A DNA stretch of 32,000 nucleotides from contig OZ245049.1 of the NCBI GenBank assembly GCA_965224465.1, forward strand, positions 750,001-782,000, written 5' to 3'. The notes beneath the pieces were generated by a model. That model made no database searches. It was not told the origin of the DNA and worked only from the letters and a program-made list of their open reading frames with translations. Shown here piece by piece: positions 7,201 to 15,300 of the stretch (position 1 is its first letter; each line of letters starts with the position of its first letter). A program made the translations under genes and the position numbers. The DNA is from Flavobacteriaceae bacterium (GTDB taxonomy: Bacteria; Bacteroidota; Bacteroidia; Flavobacteriales; Flavobacteriaceae).

Positions 7201-9272
7201 AATGTATCCGTAGCTGTAACAAGTACATTATTGGTATAGGTACCTATTGTAATATTGTTGGCATCTACAATATTAACAGCATATTCTCCTGCGTCAATAT
7301 TTGATAGCACCCTCCTATTTTCTCCAACAATTACTTGATACACCCCAAGGTTATTTTTCTTTTTCCAAGTATATTTATAGGCGTATTGACCATTGATAAG
7401 AGGACTAAAAGGTACGCCTCCAGTAGCCGTTACTGTCAATTCTCCATCACTTGAAGGATTCACAAACATATTGGCATTATTACAGGATATGGCATTGGTT
7501 TCTGTCAATGATAAGGCTAACATTGGGGGTTGATTTAAAGTAAACTCCGCTTTTACAATAGTACAACCTTCTTTATTCACAGCTTGGTCGTAATTAATAT
7601 CTTTTACGGTTAAATAATACGTTCCTGCGATTGCATTATTTAATGTTAAAAACCAACCGTCATTTCCATCATGTGTTGCTGTATTTACCGATGTCCAAAC
7701 GGTACCATTTTCATGTTTCCACTCAAAAGAGGCGTATGTTTTGTCTAAATTGAAGGTACCTCCAGTAATTTGCGCCAAAATTTTTCCGTCTGAAAAACCA
7801 AATGCTGATGGCTCTTTAATTGTTGTAAAGGCTATACTTAAAGGATTTTTGGGAATATCAATTAAAAAAGTTTTTGTAATTTCTTTGCCTAGATCAATAA
7901 TTACTCCATTTCCATCTTTTACTATTTCTTTAGCAATACAGCCATACGCATCACGCAATTTAAGTTCATAATTGGCAGTATCTAAGCCCCTAATAGTTTC
8001 AGTAACTCCAACGATTGGAGAAATAGCTGTACTTGAAAATGGGATCCAATTTTCTGTAGTTTCCCCTACTTTTCTTAATAAATACTCATACAGTACAAAA
8101 TTTTGCCCACCACTGGCGGTAATTTTCAACTCCCCATCGCTACCACCATTACACCAAACATCAACTTTTGTAAAATTAAATACTACAGGAGAAGGCTTGT
8201 TAATAGTAAATATTATTTTATGTGTAGGATCCTCAGTAAACGTATTCCAAATTTTTCCTTCATAAGCAGGAATACCAAAACCTAATACCCTAGCTTCATA
8301 TTCTCCTGGGGGTAAATCACTAATTTTATAATTTTTATTTATGATGTCGTTTTCGATGTTTGCTTTGGAATAATCACTATTATTAGTAGTATTAGTGACA
8401 CTAATACTCAATTTTTCTCCCGCATATAAATCACGATCAAAATTAAATGTAACACTTCCATCAATTGCATCATAACAAGTAGTCATATTTGGAAGAGCGC
8501 TATTAAAATGAGGAGCGGACCTTGTTAACTTAAAGAAAATATAATCTTCAGAAACAAGATTATCACACATTCTCAATCTAATGTACAATCGTTTTCCAAC
8601 ATCATTATTTGTTAAAAAAGAGGAAGGCTTGATGGAAAATGACCTTTGCTTATTGGTAACTGATGGCATAGCCGACCAATCAATTTTATTGGGAGTACCA
8701 GAAGACACCAACTGATATTCCCAATTATAATTAGCATTCAAAAACCCTTTAGAGTTATCACTAACTGAAACATAAAATTCGTCTTCTAAGCCGATGAAGT
8801 CAGATGAAGGTTTTATTAAATTGATGATTGGATGAATTTCGTAATCATAACTTATCCATATCTTAGTTTGATCTGAACCTTGAACTTTACTGTAACTTCC
8901 AGATTTACAATTATTATTAATATCGAAATTCTCTATTATTGTTTCCCTGTTTTTGCACTTCTTTTGTTTTCCTCTTGCAGACACGTAAAAGTACAATTTA
9001 ACTGGGCGCTCTAGAAGTTCTATGCTTAGAAGTTCATCTGTTTTCAAATCATATTCAGCACCTTGGCTACCTGCGTTATAAATCTCTGTAAAATCACCGT
9101 CAGCATAATACAATCTAAAATACAAATTATTGTCTCCTGAATCACAGCCAATATTTCGCTTACCTAGTCTTACTTGATAATCATAATTTTTTATGACAAC
9201 CCTGTATGTTTGCGAATACAAATTTGACACAAATAAAACAATCCCTAAAAACAATAATACTTTCCCTTTCAT
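4203..9272 (-). CDS. Giant cell-surface adhesin-like protein with SprB-type repeats, one PKD-like domain and a T9SS type-A C-terminal sorting domain
   Basis: 1689-aa ORF with signal peptide MKGKVLLFLGIVLFVSNLYSQ. It contains repeated modules such as VDVWCNGGSDGELKITASGG, VDVFCNAGNDGSINATITGGTGDYTILWTNG and HPTCFQGNDGSIELALSGGVPPYTIAWNTG, and a PKD-like segment ATYSWTSDNGFSATTPSITISKAGTYQVTV. Confidence 0.9.
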   Translation of the reverse strand: MKGKVLLFLGIVLFVSNLYSQTYRVVIKNYDYQVRLGKRNIGCDSGDNNLYFRLYYADGDFTEIYNAGSQGAEYDLKTDELLSIELLERPVKLYFYVSARGKQKKCKNRETIIENFDINNNCKSGSYSKVQGSDQTKIWISYDYEIHPIINLIKPSSDFIGLEDEFYVSVSDNSKGFLNANYNWEYQLVSSGTPNKIDWSAMPSVTNKQRSFSIKPSSFLTNNDVGKRLYIRLRMCDNLVSEDYIFFKLTRSAPHFNSALPNMTTCYDAIDGSVTFNFDRDLYAGEKLSISVTNTTNNSDYSKANIENDIINKNYKISDLPPGEYEARVLGFGIPAYEGKIWNTFTEDPTHKIIFTINKPSPVVFNFTKVDVWCNGGSDGELKITASGGQNFVLYEYLLRKVGETTENWIPFSSTAISPIVGVTETIRGLDTANYELKLRDAYGCIAKEIVKDGNGVIIDLGKEITKTFLIDIPKNPLSIAFTTIKEPSAFGFSDGKILAQITGGTFNLDKTYASFEWKHENGTVWTSVNTATHDGNDGWFLTLNNAIAGTYYLTVKDINYDQAVNKEGCTIVKAEFTLNQPPMLALSLTETNAISCNNANMFVNPSSDGELTVTATGGVPFSPLINGQYAYKYTWKKKNNLGVYQVIVGENRRVLSNIDAGEYAVNIVDANNITIGTYTNNVLVTATDTLYTLTQPELLQITFTKVDVFCNAGNDGSINATITGGTGDYTILWTNGASTEDIDTLVAGTYTIDVTDIKGCQAQANITIKEPENPLVINYTAFFAPTYTGATNGWIEATITGGTSMDSGKYKYHWKDTNGANLNAKVTETVHATSYVITLNNLGKGVYDLTIEDKNYSVAINKTNCTIVSSDYEIFEPAPLMARIELQQPISCNSANTYEDPFADGVLEVIAEGGVHLQPTDNNGLAYYYTWKKEINPGVWTVLTTQTTNIANNLDAGNYAVNIEDANGIIIGVYQNNLLVNATDVLYLFKEPSLLELSIEKQDVYCFNGSDAWAKIIVSGGKPPYTVLWSNGGVTEQISNLNQGVYEVAVSDSSGCHTTGSIQINQPTASISIKYTAFETPSIGGASDGWIVAQITGGTDFKNGSYTYYWQDANGGILNAQTTTGIVNGIFQIRLNKLPKGAYYLTIEDANSSLANTGDGCTIADNVFMLYDPIEAILSVHKPISCHGDNSFNNPFSDGALHVTVTGGVPFTEGQPYMYYWKKENKNGDFEDLNQNTNTAMGLSHGKYALNVADSRGVVIGVYKSLQLINPTDLIYYFQEPELLEVALSKTEISCDTGDNATATVTITGGIPPYKIEWSNGQDTATANNLIAGNYLVFITDARGCQVTGNIGIAQPGGLQITVLKEKHPTCFQGNDGSIELALSGGVPPYTIAWNTGETVTDIKGLSQGTYTFSLIDGNGCKAFKEIILVHPTKITIDLGADRTLCKDQTHEVDGSISDKNATYSWTSDNGFSATTPSITISKAGTYQVTVISALGCTASDSITFLYNDTIIDSEFLLSSQAYVNQDVIVFNVSSPKGASSKWIIPKEVAIIEKSDLSITLRFPKVATYELGLISTQGACYEEQYKNIVVEEHSGLPSPGDTNNPFIEEFTLSPNPNNGQFELYINLAESSQIAVRVFSIQGSFIFAQPNLASAEEYKISMSLNLATGTYFVVLETAKETRIKRMIIK
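4206..4445 (-). other. T9SS type-A C-terminal sorting domain (Por secretion tail) of the 1689-aa protein
   Basis: The last ~80 aa read FTLSPNPNNGQFELYINLAESSQIAVRVFSIQGSFIFAQPNLASAEEYKISMSLNLATGTYFVVLETAKETRIKRMIIK. This fits the PNP...l.i....v.i.i.d..G......l......i....l..G.Y.v.....k..r.K.iik pattern of TIGR04183-type CTDs. Confidence 0.8.
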
Positions 9273-9276
9273 CTCC

Positions 9277-11397
9277 TTAAAATTTAACAGTTACTTTTTT
9301 AACTAGTGAATATTTTCCATTTGTTAAGGTAGCTCTGATATGATATGTATATGTAGTATTTGGGAAAACAGCGGTATCAACAAGTCTTTTTATATGTACG
9401 GGCACAATGCGCCAAGTAGTAGGATCCTTATCATTTTCTTGCTTATAAATGGTGTATTCAGCAATTAAATCGTCAGCGGATCTCCAAAAAAGTTCTATAG
9501 TATTTTCGGTTCTGTACACAATAAAATTTATTTCTTTGATAATTACTGGAGGCCTTAAATCAATAACATTGATGGTAAGCATGGTAGACGGCAATGATAT
9601 TAAACCACTATTATCTATGGCTTTTATAGCATACTGATAGGTCTTGTCTGCTTCCACATCTTTGTCTGTAAAATTTTGTATGGTATCTGTTACTTTGTAA
9701 ATCGTTTCCCAACTGCTACTGTCTGTTATGTTTTTTCTAGAAAGTATATGAGTCGCACCTTCCTCAGAAGAATTAATCCAATTTAGTTTCACCACTCCTT
9801 TTTCGACTTTATAATTCGAAAAAACGGGTGCTGTTGGAGGAATTACATCTGGTTTTTCCAATATCAATACTTCTGATTTATTGGAATGATTGTATCGTTT
9901 ATCCACTGCAACTACTTGGTAATAGACCTTTGCATTTAAGTTTTTCACCTCCACTGTATCTATAAATTGATTGGTTGGAATAGGAGAAACTGTTAACTGG
10001 GAAGTCTCTTCTTTCTTATTAAAGCCTCTAAAAATTCGGTAACCAAGCAAATCCTTTTCTTTATTGGCTTTCCAATAAAACGTAGCAATCCCCAAGCTAT
10101 CTATTTTCCCCTCTAAAGTAATCGGAGTGGCTGGTGGAATTGAATCAACAGGCTGTATAAGTTTACTATACGAAGTTTTTTGTTGCTTTGGTGTAATTCC
10201 TACTGCCGTAATGGTGAAATAATTAGAAGGCTCTAATTCCGAATATATAAGTTGTCTTTGAGATACCAAAATATTATCCATAACTACTTTATAAGGACCT
10301 TCATCTTTTTCCGATTGATTCAATTGAAATTTCTTCGTAACAAGTTCTCCTTCGACAGGAAACTCCCACATAATTTCAACTTCGTTTTCTTTTTTAGTGA
10401 ATTTAAAATCTGAAATACGTGGAGTAAAAGGTAACGTTGGCATTCCTTGCCCTTTTATGGTATCGGAATAGCTTCCTTTTTCTCCAAAAGGAGAAATCCC
10501 GTTTACACGGTAATAATATGTTTTTTGATTTTGTGCCAAGGAATCTATATAATACATTCGCTTTGCAGGTGCGTTTGGTTTATCATTCAAATTAACCAAT
10601 GGTTGATCACTTACTGGGACAAAAGTATTTCCATCTTCGGAGCGTTCCAAGTTATATGAAGTATACACATTTTTAAACAAGGCGTATTCCCACGTAATTA
10701 TGGCACTTTTATCTCCAAATACCCCTTGTAAATCTATAGGTACTGGTAGCGGTTCATAATTATCTAGCCCTGCTAAAACAGCCGAACTTTTTATATCTAA
10801 TTCCTCTTTTGACAATGCCGATTTAATTTTATAAGCATAGGTTTCATTTGATTTCACATCGGTATCTGTATATCCCCATCCTGCTTTTGATGCTGCTTCA
10901 AAATTCATATCTGCCGCTAACAATGCAAAAGAAAAACGTTGTTCATTTTCTTGCACGATATTAACAATAGTTGCCAATGCTCCTTGAGAACCTTCTACAT
11001 TAAAACGTTCCCCGTAAATTGCCTGTGCAATGATGGCTGCATAATCATTATTTTCTACAATTTCTTGCCATGTTTCTAAGGGAGCTGCTTTTATAGATTT
11101 TGACCATAGCTTTTGTGCCACCGGTAAACGTTTTCCGTTTTTAGAAAACAAGTATTTTTCCAATATAAAACCACTGGTATTTGTTTTTCCCCAAGCCAGT
11201 GCTTCATCCACTGCCCAACGCAGTAATATATTTTTTTCTTGAACACGTGATAGAAGTCTGACAGATGGGAGGCTGTCTTGTTGTTTTACTTGGGAAAACC
11301 CAAAAGTAAATACAAACATACAAACCAATCTTATCATAAAAATTATTGATTTTTCATGAATTTGATGCATACCATTTATAGATGTTTTATTCGTCAT
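9277..11397 (-). CDS. Secreted multi-fibronectin-type-III-domain protein
   Basis: 706-aa ORF. A hydrophobic signal-like segment (MIRLVCMFVFTFGFSQ) begins at an internal Met at 11337. There are repeated ~90-aa units ending in FN3-like Y.Y.V.A.D..GN.S motifs (YYYRVNGISPFGEKGSYS, VYYQVVAVDKRYNHSNKS, YQYAIKAIDNSGLISLPS, YTYHIRATLTNGKYS). Confidence 0.85.
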   Translation of the reverse strand: MTNKTSINGMHQIHEKSIIFMIRLVCMFVFTFGFSQVKQQDSLPSVRLLSRVQEKNILLRWAVDEALAWGKTNTSGFILEKYLFSKNGKRLPVAQKLWSKSIKAAPLETWQEIVENNDYAAIIAQAIYGERFNVEGSQGALATIVNIVQENEQRFSFALLAADMNFEAASKAGWGYTDTDVKSNETYAYKIKSALSKEELDIKSSAVLAGLDNYEPLPVPIDLQGVFGDKSAIITWEYALFKNVYTSYNLERSEDGNTFVPVSDQPLVNLNDKPNAPAKRMYYIDSLAQNQKTYYYRVNGISPFGEKGSYSDTIKGQGMPTLPFTPRISDFKFTKKENEVEIMWEFPVEGELVTKKFQLNQSEKDEGPYKVVMDNILVSQRQLIYSELEPSNYFTITAVGITPKQQKTSYSKLIQPVDSIPPATPITLEGKIDSLGIATFYWKANKEKDLLGYRIFRGFNKKEETSQLTVSPIPTNQFIDTVEVKNLNAKVYYQVVAVDKRYNHSNKSEVLILEKPDVIPPTAPVFSNYKVEKGVVKLNWINSSEEGATHILSRKNITDSSSWETIYKVTDTIQNFTDKDVEADKTYQYAIKAIDNSGLISLPSTMLTINVIDLRPPVIIKEINFIVYRTENTIELFWRSADDLIAEYTIYKQENDKDPTTWRIVPVHIKRLVDTAVFPNTTYTYHIRATLTNGKYSLVKKVTVKF

Positions 11398-11408
11398 TTA
11401 TTCTTTTT

Positions 11409-11636
11409 TTAACAATTTAATTTATCCGATAATTCTACAATAGGTGCACCGCCTTTTCCTACTAATAATATATCTCCGTTGCTTGGGTCTACTAGGATTT
11501 CTGCTATTTGGAAGTTTACCTGTTTCACTGCATACGTTCCTTGCTGTTTTTGAACAGCGTGCTGCTGTGCTACTGCTATTTGAAAAAAGCAGGAACATAG
11601 GAATAGTAGGATTGTATGTAGGTTTTTAAGTGGCAA
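11409..11636 (-). CDS. 75-aa orphan ORF: signal-peptide-like N-terminus fused to a 30-aa segment copied from the toxin paralogs. Possibly a gene remnant.
   Basis: Translation ...KNLHTILLFLCSCFFQIAVAQQ...VNFQIAEILVDPSNGDILLVGKGGAPIVELS-DKLNC*. The underlying nt 11428-11516 match 61-149 (88/89) and 16371-16459 (86/89). There is no ATG: the ORF opens with TTG (11636..11634) immediately after an in-frame stop. Confidence 0.4.
   Translation of the reverse strand: MPLKNLHTILLFLCSCFFQIAVAQQHAVQKQQGTYAVKQVNFQIAEILVDPSNGDILLVGKGGAPIVELSDKLNC
11428..11516. repeat. Third copy of the 89-nt junction segment of the toxin paralogs
   Basis: gataattctacaataggtgcaccgccttttcctactaataatatatctccgttgcttgggtctactaggatttctgctatttggaagtt. 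It carries the copy-2 base at the position equivalent to 63 and the copy-1 bases at 75, 81 and 84, so it is a mosaic. Confidence 0.95.
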
Positions 11637-11682
11637 TATTTATTTGTTTATCATTTTTTTTATTGTTCTATTTGCATCGCCG

Positions 11683-12357
11683 CTAAGTCGGGAGACTTTG
11701 CGCAGCGGGTAAATCTTCTTTAAATAACTCCTCAAATACTTTTAAAATATCTTTATAAGTATCTTTTTTTTTAGCTTGGATTTTTAAAATATTATAATAT
11801 TCAATCAGCTTTTCATTAAAATCCGGATGCTTAACGAGTTTTAATATTAAAATTGTTTTTGGAAATAATATGGAGCCTTGAATATATGGCACTACTTCCT
11901 GAGGTTTTTTATCAGCCAACAAATCTGCCACCTTCTCTAAAGTGTTATATTTCTCAAAAAAAGGTAATGAGTATTGCTGAATGATTTTTTGGATTTGCTC
12001 ATTAACCAATTGAAACGATTTAAGGTCATTTATTTCCGTACTAAAAGCAGAGTAATCAACATTTTCTAACTGGTTCAAAACATTTCTTATGGTTCTTACT
12101 TCTTCGCTTGGTTTCCTAACTCTTGTCTTTTCGTATGCATCATTTAATGTTTTTTCTACATTATGGAATGATATTCCTATTGAAATTCCATCTATGAATA
12201 CTCCGTGAGGAAAATATTTTCTATCTTGTATATATATTAATTTATCATATTTCATCCCTTTTGATATTAGTGAAATACCATTGTCTACCCTAGTAAATCC
12301 CAGAGGCATTTCAAGGATATTCTCCCAATCTGTAACATAGTTTTTCTTTAAATACAT
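11683..12357 (-). CDS. Candidate cognate immunity protein (assigned by position only); cytoplasmic, family not recognised
   Basis: 224-aa ORF whose ATG (12357) lies 4 nt after the toxin stop (12362-12364). It has no signal peptide or hydrophobic segment (MYLKKNYVTDWENILEMPLGF...). I recognised no motif. Confidence 0.8.
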   Translation of the reverse strand: MYLKKNYVTDWENILEMPLGFTRVDNGISLISKGMKYDKLIYIQDRKYFPHGVFIDGISIGISFHNVEKTLNDAYEKTRVRKPSEEVRTIRNVLNQLENVDYSAFSTEINDLKSFQLVNEQIQKIIQQYSLPFFEKYNTLEKVADLLADKKPQEVVPYIQGSILFPKTILILKLVKHPDFNEKLIEYYNILKIQAKKKDTYKDILKVFEELFKEDLPAAQSLPT

Positions 12358-12361
12358 AATG

Positions 12362-15300
12362 TTATATTTTTTTTATTCCTGTAATAATATCCCCGTTTGC
12401 TCCATCGTGCACTTTATACCATTGTATCTCTCCATTAAAACTTAAAATTTCTCCTCCTTTTAATTCATTTTTACTACCATCTATTTTAGATTTTTTCGGA
12501 TTAGAGGCACGAACACTATAACTACCTTTTCCCTTTGCAGCCTTTTGGTTAGGTGTTAAACGAGTGCCACTGCTAAGTTTGTTTTCTATAATTATGATAT
12601 CATCTATATCTCCATAAGCATCATATTTTACAAAAACTTGGTCTGCTACAAAATAATCTACTTTTTTGCCATTAGCCAATGTTACCTCTCCAAAACTTAA
12701 TTGTACTTGTGAGAACATATCGTATTCATCTAGATTTTTGTTAAAGTCTGCACTAAATTTTTGTTTTAATTCCAAGTACTTATCAGAGAGGCGGTTTTTA
12801 AATTTTTCTAGGCAGACAAATTTTTCAAAATCATTTCCCTTTTTTGTTACCACTTTAAAGAAATTGGCTTTAGCCCATTTTCTCCATATTCCTGTACCAT
12901 CTTCACCTAATTCAAAAGCATAGGCAGCATCGTCTTTAAGTAGTTTCCAGGCTTCCACATCTTCTGCCCCAACTATGAGATCTTTAAGCTCATCTCCATT
13001 ACTTTTAGAAGCAAAATCCATGTTTAATTTACTCCAATAGGATTCTCCAATTTCATCAATTTTTTTTATTATGTCAATATTCTCAACTTCATCTAAATTA
13101 GATACCCATGTTTTCAAATTTGGAAAATCATCCATTTTATTCAACAATGCAGTAATAGCCTCACTGTGTTTCACCGTTGTCCCAAGTATTCTCTTAGCCT
13201 CAGCAATATCCCCTACTAAATCATCAACGTTACCTAGTCCAGCTTCAATCTCAAGATGTGTAACCCAAATTTTTGCTTCTTTTATTTTATTAGGGTTCGC
13301 TGTGTTAATCGTTTTAATGTCTCCTTCTGCATCTTTTAATTTGTCTAAGAATAATTTAGCCTGATTTTTACTTGGCAGCGTTTTATTTAGAGTTTTAGTT
13401 TTAGAAAAAATCTTTTTTAAATTAGCTACATTAGATATTTCACCAATGGCAATAGTGGCAGTTAAAACGTTTAGGGCGTCTAAAAAAGCTTTGCCTTGTG
13501 GGCTTAAATTTTCTGTACCTATGGCTGTGGTAGTCAAACTAACTCCTGAGCCAAGCATATCCGCAATAATAAAAGTTTTTCGCATTAAACTTGGAGCCTT
13601 TGTAAGAGCTCCATAACCAGAAGCTAAACTTGCAACATCTACAGTTGCTTGTACCCCATCTACAACTACTTGCGTATTTCCAACATCGCTAGCATAAAAA
13701 GCAACTATGGCAGGGCTAATTACAGGTACATCATCGTTATATTCACTTAACATGCTTAACCCTGATTTATTGGTGAAATAAATTGGAGAATAAGGATGTA
13801 ATGCCAATGGTATAGCTGTAGAGACAATATCATTGCCAACAAATTTATCGGTATAAAGTGAAATTGTGGAAATTGTCTCATCTTCCTCCGATAGCCATTT
13901 TACTCTTGTGTCATACGAGTATAGATTTTTGCCATTCAGAAAATTCCATAACACAGGTAAATCTCCCAAAGTCAAGTTCCAAAAAGACTTGTAATAAAAT
14001 TTGATGTTTCTCTCAATTAACTCATCTTCCTTTAAACTTCCTAGTTCCGTTAAAAAGAATGTTGACTTATTAACATTTAAATCTGCGAGTACATTAATTA
14101 AATTCTTATAATTATCTTCATGAAAATAAGTGTGGTCATTATCTGTTTTATATACTAATTTACGAAGTAGGTTATAGTCTGCAGTTGCTACTTTAGAAAC
14201 ACTGTTTATTCCATCTAATAACCCGTCAACTTCAGTTTTTTTCGTGAATTTTATTAACCTAATTAACTGTTTTTCTTTTTCATTGTCCAGAGTCCACTTG
14301 TCTAGCATTAAGCTAAGTATTATCAATTTTTTATCAATTGATATATCTTCAATCTCATTGTTAGACAAAAATGCAATACATTTATGTAAATCAGATATTT
14401 TACTTTCTCCATCTATTGAACTCAATAAATGTGCACAATCTTTGGTTTCATTTTTTACACCATTTACAAATTGAACATACTTTTGAATTAATGAATCCTT
14501 TTTTAATGTTTTTAATGCCTCGTAAGCTATCTCAGATGGGACACTACTTAAATAGTTAGGAATAACCTTATCCATGGCATCAGGATATGCATTGTTAAGT
14601 ACTGCAATTTTTGAAGCTATAAGATACAGGGAATTCCAATCAATAATTTCCCCTAATATTTCCTTAATTAATTTCCCTTCCAAATTATATAGTTCAGGAA
14701 ACGGAATATTCTTCGCAAAAGTATAGTCATTTTTTTCTAGAACCTCTCCTGTATAGAACTTACTAAACCTATTATAATTTGATAAAATATTTGTCTCCTT
14801 TTGAGAACCCCAAGTTAAATTATCAACTTTATTAAGAGAAAGTCTTCTTGATTTATCTGTTAAAATAAGTATGATTACTTTACCGAAACTTCGTTTATTA
14901 TCTTCAGAAAGCACAAACTCCTCACCTGTGTCAGATTCAAAACCAAAATAATCAAAAGTAAAATCAGTAATAGTTATATCTGTACTTAATTCATTATTTA
15001 CTCTTTTCGCTTTATACTTATTACTATCCAATGTAAAACCTATAAGTGCACCTGTAGGGTATTTTATAAATTCATTTATTTTATCTAAACTAGTAACAAA
15101 CCTGATATTTTCTATTTTTGAAGGAAGTGTGATATAACTTCCGTTCAAAGTCATAAAAGTATATGTTCCGTTCGAATTTTTAAATTTACTAGGAATTCCA
15201 GAAATAGTGGTGCTCTCCCCTTCACTATCCCCATCAAAAACCCCAATCCTCAATTTCGGATTGTGTATGGCTTTCCAATGTACATAAGGTAAATGCTCTC

